Shown: piece after piece, positions 1 through 12,100 of the stretch
Layout of the letters: each line of letters opens with the position of its first letter
How positions within the stretch are numbered: the first letter of the stretch is position 1
Assembly (NCBI RefSeq): GCF_964204645.1
Contig: NC_134031.1
Location: 3,844,001 to 3,908,000 of the forward strand
Direction: 5' to 3'
DNA: 64,000 nt
From: Tubulanus polymorphus
Lineage: Eukaryota > Animalia > Nemertea
The notes under the pieces: generated by a model
Seen by the model: the letters and a program-made list of their open reading frames with translations, nothing else
Database searches by the model: none
What the model was told of the DNA's origin: nothing
Made by a program: the position numbers and the translations under genes

Positions 1-102
1 CCGTTAACTACCGATCCCCGGGCGTTTATCACCCGACGAGCCGTAGAATTAATGAAAACCCGCAGTCGACGCGTACTCCGAGGACCCATTGCCATAACTC
101 AC

Positions 103-118
103 CGGAGTCGAGCGCCAT
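103..118 (-). CDS. Possible first coding exon (MALDS+G) of a gene running off the left edge
   Basis: ATGGCGCTCGACTCCG|GTGAGT within a CpG-rich stretch. Nothing downstream in the window to confirm it. Confidence 0.25.
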
Positions 119-1283
119 AAAAACGCTTTCAACTTATTTATTTGCGGGTAGTTTGCGCGCGGCGCCGAGGGAGACGTAATGGACATCGCGCGACGCACCG
201 GTCATTTGTCTCAATCCAATGACGCGTGAATGGGCGTTATTCGCGCTCATTAACGCCGCGACCGAAGGTGAGCTTGATTGATCGCGAGACGTGCGCGGTA
301 AAACAATGACCATAACGAAGCATGCAAGACGGAAATTATGGACACTGATTGTGCCGACGCGATCTTCCCTCGACGACGACCACGACAACAACGCGGAGAC
401 AAAGAAATGAAAATCACGGAATGCATCGTTGCATACATGCGGAGGATCCCGCGACGAAAACCCCTCCCCTCAAAACCGTACAAACCCTTAAACTGTAGAA
501 ATGATTCACGTAGTGGAGTGACAGGCGCAAATCCATGGCTATAGTGACTACAGCACAGTGAAAAAAGGGCACCAACTTTGAAAAGGGCCAGTATTGATGC
601 CCAGCGAGCGAGTTTGAGTGCCATTCATTGGTATCATGCCAGTAAATTTGCCTTCACATTCAATTCGCTCATTCCTTTTTTAGATTTTTGGCGAAATTTG
701 CCCTTTTTTGATTAAATTTATAGAGCAACAATAATGTCTCTTTTAAAATAGTGCCCCTTTGAGTAAAAAAAAAAATGCCTTAGATTGCCTTTTATGATTT
801 TGGGCAATTTATTTCATTCACATTTTGCTTTAGGCCTAGTACAGAAAAGCAATTATCTTTTATGGCGCACAAATTGTGTGCCCTTTTATTTTCGTTTTTC
901 CCGAAACTTTTCAAGGGCATTTGAAAACTGCGACTACTGCACGTGCTGCATGTGCGATAGTCTGGATCCGCGCCTGAGTCAACTCGTACCCCCTTTCGAG
1001 TCTTAATGGTCCTAACTATGCTCAACTTTGGTCTTTATCCTGCGTAAGTTTCTTGACATTTCATATAGAGTCTCGCTGGTATTTACAAAAATAGAAAAAA
1101 AATTTCATTTAAAACCATCATCAGAAAAGGTGTTTCTTTCATCACAGAAAGCAGAAGTATATTCTTTAGCGTGTAGGCTATGATGGCCTATCTGATGTCG
1201 TAAAATGAATATTCACGTTTTTTTTGCCCAGATGATAACAGGACACATGGCCTCGATCCAAAACTCAAACAGGAAAAATAAGT

Positions 1284-1528
1284 TATAAGATAAAAACCCA
1301 CTATGTACAAATTATAAGAATTTAAAATCGAGAATTTATTTATTCGAACAATCTAAAATACATAAAATACACGACGTTTCGATCGCACCCTAGAGATCAT
1401 CGTCAGGTGTGAGATATTGACTAAAACAGGGGTACCGTAAATAAATTCTCGATTTTAAATTCTTTTAATTTGTACATAGTGGGTTTTATCTTATTGGGCG
1501 TTCACCACGTTTGTGTGGTTATCATACT
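1284..1528. mobile_element. Penelope-like pLTR remnant with inverted arms and a hammerhead ribozyme
   Basis: About 58-bp inverted arms (1285-1342 and 1438-1494). 15-bp target duplication ACAGGAAAAATAAGT at 1269-1283 and 1529-1543. Confidence 0.75.
1369..1410 (-). ncRNA. Minimal type I hammerhead ribozyme
   Basis: ACAC-CUGACGA-U-GAUC(loop)GAUC-GAAA-CG-UC-GUGU: intact core, helices I and II, palindromic ACGU in place of helix III. Confidence 0.8.
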
Positions 1529-2945
1529 ACAGGAAAAATAAGTGTTTTTTTAAAAAGTAGTAGAGGTGAATAGCTAGTCAAAATGCAGGGACAAGTCATC
1601 CAGAAGAGGATATGAGTTGATCTACTACCGAAGAAATGGATTACGTCCCGAATAAGAAATAAGTCAGTAAAGCCAAGTGCGCGAACATCAAGAAATACCT
1701 CGCTATAGTAGAACCCGCTAAATTCGTATTTTTAAAACCGGATTTTCACTTAATTCGGATAAAATATTTGGTCCATTTAACCCGGAACTATACGTGAAGT
1801 ATTATTCATAATTCAGATTTTACTTCAGGAGAAATCTCGGCAGTTGCAATTCAACCAGGTGGCGCTGAATCCAGTGAATTCTACGGTACGAACGACGGAT
1901 TCACAAATGACAAGGGCAAGTGGAACAATTATAAACATCGCATATGACACCTCGATCACACCAACGCAGCAAAGCGACGCGAACATTTTTTTTCTAAATC
2001 TGTTTTTTTTTCGATTCTTCGTCGAACCGGACGTGGCAGTTTAACTCGCGAAGAAAACTAGAAAAATGAGAATGTCAGTGTCATCACGAGAGCAGCGACG
2101 TGACAACGGTAGCTTTTATCTAATCGCATCAGTGTTTCGGTTACCTCACCGTTGGTTAATGTTACACGTACAGTAAAACAAGACGCGTGTCAGCGTTTCG
2201 TTTCGTTGACTCGTAAAGCGGACAACCTTTCTTTCGACGACGACGACGCACCGCTTCACATTTCAGTCGCGTTTCATTTCACTTTCCAAGAATAATTACC
2301 AGGCTATATATATATACATACAATAAAACTGCACTTAGTGAACGCCGCCGATAATGAAGACTTTTTTCTCGAAACAAAGCAAAATTTTTATCGTTCATTT
2401 TCAAATAACAGGGTGGTCACTTTATTTGACTTTCCTTTTCCCCCGACAATTCCCTGACATGCACATTGTTTTCCCTGACTCGATCTGCCTAAGAATCCAA
2501 TCAATGAACGCAGACAAATACATCAGACTTAGACAGAAACTATATGATTTTACGTGATCTAGCAATTTCAACAAATTTCCCTGACTTTTCCCTAATTTCT
2601 AGCTTTTCCCTAATTCTATTAACCATTCCCCGATTTCCAGGTATAAGTGGCTATACTGATTGAGTGAATGAAGTGTCATCCGCCCAGTAGAGAAGTTTTA
2701 CCGTAAAAGTTTTTTTCATAAAGTACACAGCAAAATCGTGGCCAATGCAGCTGTGTTCACACTATTGCTAGTTAGCCTATTCGAATAAGACCCTCAGGTT
2801 AAGAACCGGACCAAATCAATGCTATGCCTCACACACTTTTATCTGTATTCGTCTAAATTAGTGCGTTTTAAAAAATGTAATCAACCAACTCAGAACAGAC
2901 TTCAAACTTGTGTGAATGGTTGGTCCATTCTCAATTGAAATGGAC

Positions 2946-3282
2946 TGAAAGACTGACGGACTGCTACCACCAGGATTCAAACACATGAACCCTGGATTGA
3001 TAAGAGACCAGTGAAAGACTGACCGACTGACTGCTACCACTAGGATTCAAACACATGAACCCTGGATTGATAAGAGACCAGTGAAAGACTGACTGACTGA
3101 CTGCTACCACCAGGATTCAAACACATGAACCCAGGTTTGATGAGAGACCAGTGAAAGACTGACTGCTACCACCAGGATTCAAACATATGAATTCTGGATT
3201 GATGGGAAACCAGTACATGATAGACTGTCTGACTGATATCACCAGGATAAAACACATGGGCCTAAACCATGGATTGATGAGA
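2946..3282 (-). repeat. Tandem array, 5 units of about 70 bp, tRNA-like
   Basis: Anchor (C/T)AGGAT at 2971, 3041, 3111, 3173, 3243 (periods 70, 70, 62, 70). Confidence 0.9.
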
Positions 3283-5521
3283 AATTGCAGCTTAAACTTT
3301 CTAACTACTTGATACGGGGTAGCCTCAAGTAGCCATTGATGCTTAAAACTGTGCACTCACAAAACAAATTCTAATCTAAGCAGAAAACATCTGTCTGGTT
3401 TTCTGATACATATTCCTTCTATTATCATTCTCCTACATACAGCGATATTTGATCAGATACACATGAAACCGACAACAAGTAGTTGTGATTCACATCTGAA
3501 AGTTGAATACCGTCGAGAAAACACCTAGTGATAAATAATGTCCTAGCTGTTGGACACTATGAAAATGTAAGGTGACCGGTATCGGTGTCAGGTTTTATAT
3601 TCATGTTAGTATTGAAGTATCGACATCGTTGTATTCTAGGGCGCATTGTGCTGAGTGTCTCAATGCAGGCTCATAATTCAGAAATTAATAATGACAAAAA
3701 CCTATGAAATACTGATACGAATGCTTGATATGATCTGTCTGTAGTCAAAACAAAAAAGTGGATTACGCAAATTGATGAAATCTAGAAATTTAGCCTGGCT
3801 TTACTGTCCTTATAGTCTGTAACTGGACTTGTTAGGCCTATTCAGATTTACTTTATTTACTATAGAGTATGAATCTGCTATCGAAAAATACCATAGGGTA
3901 TTGTAAAACCTCACCGTTGCAAAAAATATTCACTATAGGGAGGGTCCGGGTCTCAAAATCATCATAACATCACATGCGGCGACGCCTACTATATTCCTAT
4001 GAATTCATAAAGGTTAGGATTAAAAGTGTCATTTGAGCAACGGCATACACCTTTTTGTTACTTACATACCCAATCGACTGAATTTGATTGTTATATCTGA
4101 GCCCCTGCAAATTTTCAATTTTTCACCGCAAAATATCGAAATATGAAATTCCCTCCACACAACTTAAAAACGCGGAACCCATGCGAAAGGGGAACCGTAA
4201 ACACTGGTGGCAGCACTGTACGATTATACGGTGACTGGCCGCGGGCTTCGAAGTTCAGCAAAGAGAAATATATTCCTTGGTCAATGAACAAATTCTTAAG
4301 AAAACACACTCCAGCTTAAAAATGGATTCAAAAAGCCAACAACTAATTGCCTTCAATATAAAGCGATTTATTGGGAAAATATCAATCAACAAGTAGTAGC
4401 AGATAGTACCAGTAGTATGATGAAATTATCAAAAAAGCAGCTATCTAAATAATAAATAAAATCTACAAATAATATTTGTACTCATAAGAAATCAGTATCC
4501 AACCATTCATGGTCCAGTTTCATGAAAAAAGTTTAACTCAAAGGTTCAGTTTGATCACATATTCCTCACTTCACAGGACAACAATTCGAACTTTGCCATT
4601 TTTAGCTGAAACTTTTTCATGAAACTGGAATTTTTAGGGAACCTACTACAAATACTTCTTTCTTTTAACTATCTCATGCTTTTCTTCAGTTCTCCTGCAT
4701 TCATTGGTGGTAGGGTACATAGTATTCTAGCAATTCAAAGGATACATGTACATGTAATTTATATGTTAATTCCAAAATGTGTGTCACACCACCATGGTAC
4801 AAAAGAAAATCAAGAAAATACATAACTTCATAATTCCGATAAAACTGAAAATACATTCATGCACTCCATGCCCTCATATTGTACATCAGCTGTCATTGTA
4901 ATTCAATAAACATTGTTATTGTCAGGGAGAATTGTTATTCTCACCTCCCTGCTATTCTATATCATTACCCGGTATTCTGATCCTGAAAGTTTTTCAAGCT
5001 TTCACTCTGAATTACTACTCTCAACTTATTCATGAACACATGAAATGATTTAAACACTCGCAATACAAAATAATTCAGCTGCTTGATCTATAGAAATGAG
5101 ACATTTAGAAAATATTCTGGGTTGGGATTTAAACTATTATTAACACAGTTCAGTAAAGGTTATCCCTAGCTGATATATGTTACAGATCGAGTTTGAAAGG
5201 AGGTAGTATTTCACAGCAGAGATTTTTCCGACCGAAACTTACCTTGGACTTCAACAAACCGACTGATATTTGGAGTCGGTTTTCTCACTAAAGACACTAT
5301 GGTAGCTCACACACAAAAACTAAAAGATCCAGTTTCACAGTTTTAAGGTTAGAAATCGAAAAACTTCATAACCAAAATCATTCCCACTCAGTCAAATAGA
5401 ATTAAACTGGACCAGATTAAACTGTGGCTAATGTGTCACAGGGAATCCAATGGAATATTTGAAGCTAATGTGGCTTGATGGATACTCATAGGTTGTAGTT
5501 AAAACTTAACTAGACCAGAGA

Positions 5522-5985
5522 GGCCAGTTGCACAGTCATGGCTTAAAGATTTAAGACCAAGGGACGGACTCAGTCCCTGAGCGCTGCAAAGTCAAATATC
5601 CGAGCTCTAATGACGGTGGTGTGGGGTCCCCCCCCCCCAGAAAAATTTCAAATTCAACTGCCTGCAGACGCAATCTGAGCATTTGTGGGGATGTCAGATC
5701 TAAGTTTTCACACATACGAAAGAAGGGTATCCTATTACATTTGAGCTTTGCTCATCCACCATAGCGGTAACAGGAGTAGGTTGGATCCACCTCTGAGTCC
5801 AAGACTATCTTAGTTCTAATTGCTAACAATTAAGAGCAGTCTAAGACCATGTTTGTTCTTATGACTTAATTTACTAGACTAAGACCACCTTAGTTCTATA
5901 GCCAATGTAACAATTAAGACCAGTCTAAAGAATTAAACCACTTAGGCCTATGGATTAAGATCAAGTCATGAATGTGCAACTGGGC
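5522..5985. mobile_element. MITE (TIR GCCAGTTGCACA) with a nested second element at about 5561-5800
   Basis: GCCAGTTGCACAGTCATGGCTT ... AAGTCATGAATGTGCAACTGGGC. Related decayed copies at about 18081-18210 and 18800-19010. Confidence 0.6.
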
Positions 5986-6117
5986 TGTGGGTTTTTAAAA
6001 CCCTACTACTTTTTCTATCAAAATACGGTTTTTAAAGCACCCTAATATACCCTGTATAACAAACAGGCTTACGTGCTATAACTAATAAACATTGTTTGGC
6101 GATAAGATATCAAATAT

Positions 6118-9100
6118 CTATAACTTGGATTGCAGTTTTCCGAGTTTCTGCATATCTAATAGGGTCTTTTCGAACGTTTCGGCGAGTTTCAGAGCGTCGG
6201 TCTCCGGGTCGCTTTTGAACGCGGTTAGGACGTAGAGTAGTTTGTCCGGTTTCGGATTATAGCAGAATCCGTAGCCGTCCGGGTACATCGGTCCGAAACA
6301 CGTTGTAATATCGTACTTCGACGGAACCTGCAAAATTAAAATAAATAAATATCTTTGTCAAATTTGAATAACGAAATTCTTAATAAATCTGCATTAGCTA
6401 GCTTTGAATAAATAGTCCCACGTTTTATAAGAACTACAGCGGAATCTCGTTATGACAACTTCAGATATAACAATTTATCGGTTATTACAAACCACAAATC
6501 TCATCCCAAATAGGACAATTTTGATAATTTTTCATATAACAAAAATATTTTCTGGTCCCCTGAATTCATAATAACGACGTTCCGCTGTTATTCCGAAAGT
6601 TTATCGAAATGAAAACTACCCCATTCCACCTGGCAATGGCTGTGTTTCTTTTGCCCTCTATTGCACATAGAGAAACAAGATTTACCTAAGCGATGGTTTA
6701 AGCCCAATGAGGAGATGGTTTAAACCGAAAAAAAAACTATATTTTCGATGAAAAGCTTATCTAGTACAGTGCCACCCCTATGATAAAAATGCCATGTGCC
6801 ACAGATTGGCTTAATATAACTGCTACATTTCAAGTAGGCCCATTTCAGCTGCATACTCTACTCATACACTTATAGCTAGTAGTAGTACCCTTCACATTTC
6901 ATATGTTTTCCACCGAGTATTTCATGAATGGGTAATAAATCAAGCAGGTGTCCAAGTTTCAATGATGACCAAAACTATATTTTCTCCATAAGTATATTGA
7001 TGATAAGGGAAATTCATTGACAGACTAGTGTCACGTTACGGGCGACCGAGTAAGTGGTTTTTCAAAGCCGTGTTCAGCCTATCCCAAGCGGCGTTCACAC
7101 TACGTTATTCAGAACGACCTAAATCAAAATGGACCAAGCATACACACTAATGAAAAGTCTGTCCTAAATTGGTCCATTCCCTTTTAGACAAGACCAATTT
7201 GGACTGACCTTAAAGACCGATCCAGGGCGCATTCTTAATTTTAGGAGGAACCATTTCTGTGTGCATGTGTGTGAAAAGAAACTGGTTCCAGGTATTCCAA
7301 TTTATACCCCGAACTGCAGTGTAGACGCGCTGATGAAAGGGTTTATCTGGTTACTCTACTTACTTGACTGCTAGATATTCTGAATCGGACACCAGCGTCG
7401 AATGTTGGATCGGTGATAATCTCAGGTACGGGAAGACGATTCGTTAACGCGGCCAGTTTCAATCCGAACAAATGACGATCGACACCATCCCCAGCCATAC
7501 ACTACAAATAAAACATTACGCACATGTTAGCTTCAACTGGACCGTATGAACCATAGGTGTTAGTGGACAGGTGGTGGCTCTACTGGTCATTCAGCTATGC
7601 TGAATCTTATCATTTGGCATCAAATAAGGCGCAGAAATTCCTTCCCCAGAAAATTTTGAAAAATTTATCTAATTTTCATGCATTTTGAAAGCTTTTGAGC
7701 ATTGCTTTTTATTATCTCATATATTACCAATGTACCAATCTCCTGGCCCATCACTGCTCTTGAATTGGAAACTTAGCTAACTACAGCATACTGAAATTTT
7801 AAGTTCTTCATGACTGCCTGACAAAGGAAATTTTGCTAAACAGAGTTCGTTGGTATTCTGACCTCTCTTCTCCATGCAAAAGATGGAAAAGATATGATCG
7901 ATCTATTAGAAATAGTGTATTGCATTCCAAGAAATGAAATTGATTAAACGCAAGTGGTGCTCAAGGGGCTGCGCGATAAGAAAACTAACACAAAAATCCA
8001 CGACCTTGTTCTACTCACCGCTCTGGTATATTTGCTATGTTCGGTGATTGCCGTTTTCATCAGTTCCGTTTTCGTGTCTGCTGGGACATCGGCGTCCATC
8101 GCTTTACAAAAATCAAGCAAAGCGGACGAACACGCTCGAATGGCCTCCGTCCGACCGAGGCGGAAACCCCTCATCGACGCGCTTTCATAACCGGGCGTTA
8201 CTTTGCCATGCATTCTGACCGTAATGATATTAGAAAAAAATAAAATTTAATTACTCAAGAAAATTAAATTTCATTCACTTTAAAAAATTGGACGATACTA
8301 AATGAAATTTTGTCCAAGTAATAGAACCTTTTCAATACTTTTGTTCAAGTCCACTTTAGACGCGATTTAATGACTTTTATTAAAAGCTTTTTAATCTTTG
8401 ATTACTTTGGAGTATCGCAGCAAATTAATTGCCATCATTACTTTCTTGACAAAAGAATTTGATCAAAACAAATTTCTGTCCATGTCGATTAAATTTCTGA
8501 ATACCGGTACTCATTGTCAAGTTCATATTTGAAATCTACATAAAAATTTTTCTTGAAAGATCGGTGAAAAATTGCATTCAGATCAGGCATCAAAATATTA
8601 CTGACCTATAGTAAGCCAGGTGTATCCCCATTTGTATGAACGCGTCTGGACTGAATTTCAACGACTTTGAAATCGTTTTGCTGAAACCAGTGAAATCACG
8701 AGCACGCAATTCTAATCCATTGACAAGTCTGAAATTAAGGACATAATTACTTAATTATACTAAAGGCTAAATCACCCCAACAACAGGATTCAAACCCATG
8801 AACCACAAGGAATTGTCAAAATAATGCAATTACAATCACCACTGTCCTTAAAAAAATAAAGGGATTGTGGAACTGGTCAATGAGCCATGAACCTTTGATT
8901 GGTAAGATAAGACCTTGAATGACTAAGTGTCTTTACTTCCACTTTTTAACCTGTGACTATTGTATTTCAGAGGGGCATTTTCTATCATTGTTTCTCATTT
9001 TACTCCCAGAAGGGAGTGAGTCAACCAAGGAGGTACTGCAATACCAAGGCCAACCCATGGTGATAGGAAGCAAGCTCCTTTAACTTCACCAAGTGCCAAA

Positions 9101-12100
9101 AATCAGACTAATATCATCAAAGTATCAGATATTAAGCTGACAAGAACAGATACTACACTTCGATCTAAGCCATTGCGGCCGAGAAGCGATACTGTAAAGA
9201 TGTCAGCCAAGTAATATATAGATCAAACTTGTATCTACTGAATAAGTGTTCAACTGATTTCACAGAAAAGGAATAAAATTTTGCATCAGCCCATTAAGCA
9301 AGCTCATAAGCAGATTAATGCAAATCTAGTGTAAAAAATAATTCATTCCAAATTTTTTGGCAATATAAATCGCAAGATTTCCTCGAGAAATTCAGTGAAA
9401 TGTGTGAATAAATTCAGATTTTGCCACATCTAATCACAGCTACCCAGGGTATGCCATTCTGACTCAATAAACGTACTGCTGACAAATCTATTGATTACAC
9501 CATTATGTGATTACACCACTAGCACCAGAATAAATACAGACGAATCTAGAACGTTTCTGCATTGGCCCATTGCCAGAAAAAATGGCACCACAGACAACAG
9601 AATGTGGCCAAAATAGCTCTCTCCCTGGGCCCACCTGATTTCGAAATCCAAAATATAGGGAACTAAATAAGGTATTAGAAAACTCTTGAAAACTAGAGAA
9701 TATATATACATGTTGAGATTTCTTGGAATACAGGAATTTGATAAGACTTCATGAGGACTCCTGCTTCTTAGACCAATGATATAGATGCCAGCCTCCGTAT
9801 TCAAATCTAATTATTCAGAACCAAACTTTTAAAAGTGTAAGAAATCTATGAATAAATGTGACTACCCGAGTTAAATCTGAAATAGTTTTATCATAAAGTT
9901 CTTAAGAGTTGATATGGAAACTTCACGCACTGCACCGTGGTGTAATTTGTTGAATTTCCCCTAAGAAGCTATCAGTATTTCACTTACGTATCAATGTTGC
10001 CGGTAGCTTTTTCAATGGCTTCTTGTACATCTTTCGATACGTTGAAATCGAGCTTCTTCGGATCCTCAACTTTACCAGACGACACCTCACTGTACTCCCC
10101 TTTAGACCTATAGAGGGAAAAAGTTACATATTAAAAATCTATTCTTAAATCATCGGTTTTAATTACGAAAAATTCGAAGAAGTCATTTCAAACCATGGAC
10201 TATTAAACGATTTAAGTCAAACTTGCAGCATGAACTTTAACAAATCATACTGCCATATTTGGCTGATCTGTAAGCCTATGATTGAAAAAATTCCGATACT
10301 CAATGGTTGGACCCAGGTCCTAGTTAAAATTTGACTGTAGGTTAAAGCATTGATAAATTAGCTAACTTTTCATAGTGGTGAAGCATACATAAGTTGTGCC
10401 TCATGCATTTTCATATGATGAGCAATAGCATAGTTGAAGTAAGATATTTTAGTAATGCAAGCTTGTGATGTCACAAAATATCTTAGAGAAATATCATGCG
10501 AGCCATTTTAACCTCATTTCAAATCAAACCGTGAAAACAGGTAGTACAGGTATTCATTTTACAAAAATTACAAATGTACGAGCTTTCGCAACTAGTGCAT
10601 AGGCTTCATCAGGTACAAATTTTTATCTGATGAAACTGCTAATGCATAAGTAGTGAAAGCTCCTAATTTCTAATAAAATCAGTCAACCTGTTTTCACACA
10701 TTTATTGATAGAATATCATGAAAAATTCAGCTTCACACAAAATGCAAATCTCTGACATCAAAAATAGTTTGTTTCAGCCAGAAATCAGACAAATAAAGTG
10801 AAGGACGTACTCGAATGCAAAAGCTGCCAATAACTGAGAATCTTTGTGTCATCACGAGCAAGTTGATAAGTCAAATACGTTCACTTACATATGATCGACT
10901 ACATGCTCTAGTACAGATAGCACAACTGTGGCCTCGGCGGGAGAATGCTCGTAACAAGCCCCGAAACTACCGTCCGACCCTACAAACATCTAAAATAGAT
11001 AAAGGCGCCAGTTGCCCGGGCAGATGGATCGTTGAGTCAGACTTTCTGTGAAGTTGTAAATTGTACATGACCAAATTTGTGGAGAACGGTTACTGCCCAG
11101 GGAACATTTCATGGACTGAAGAAACCACGGTAGTTCAAATGTTTCTCAACAGATTGTATGTAGCATATTTTGGATGTAAATAATTTAGGAGGTACCCAAT
11201 GGTAACTACCTAACTCAGGCCTGTACAGTACGCTGCGTACTGGGGTAAAATTTTCCAAAATCTTCAAATTAGCTCCAGCATTTTAGGGTTAGAATTCTCT
11301 CCAGCAACAAAATATTTCGCAAAAAGTTCTGAATTCAGCTATAAATAGGAGGGGATCCATGCCTAGAAATTCAACATAAATGCATCGTGTTAATCTAGGT
11401 ATTCCTACCAAAATCCAGTAGGCCTACCATACTCGGAAGTTAGTTCAAGCAAAATAAATCATTTCATAAACGCAAGTCCACTTTCATTCATTCAAAATAA
11501 CTCACTAAATTTCATTTATCTGAAATCTGGATAGGAAGAGTAAAGAAAATGTTGTCTAAAGCACTATCTATCTATGAGCTGGTGCTACCATTCACTATGC
11601 ATGTGTAAGACTCACATTAACTCGACCGCGTGGTCGAGTATAGCTACTAGGGCTGGGGCTTCAGCTGCTGTATGTTCGTACGCCCCGCCCACCGAACCAT
11701 CAACACCCACTATCATCTATATATGACGTACACAAATTGTCATTTTAACAGAATCAATGCGTTCAAAAAATGTCTATGTCGGCTTGGGCCGGATGCTCAA
11801 AAAAGTTTTATTAGTCGGTATCATATCTTAATATGATAGCTTAATTACAGTAGTCTCTCTGTTTAACATTGTATATATATATATCTCATAATTTTGTTGT
11901 AATTTTAGCAATCCTGAAGACGACTGTTAGGAAATAGTCCAAACGTTCAAATAAACTACTAGCTCAAGGAAACTTCACAGACTCTAATTAAAAGAATTTA
12001 CATCATCAATCTACTATCTTTATCATCATTGCTTATCATAAAACTTTTTTTCTAGGGGCCAGAACGCCCTTGTGATAGTACAGCCTTTATGGCACTGTTT

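Noticed and set aside
2946-3282. CRISPR-like repeat array
   Set aside because: Units repeat along their full length with no unique spacers; eukaryotic context and no cas genes.
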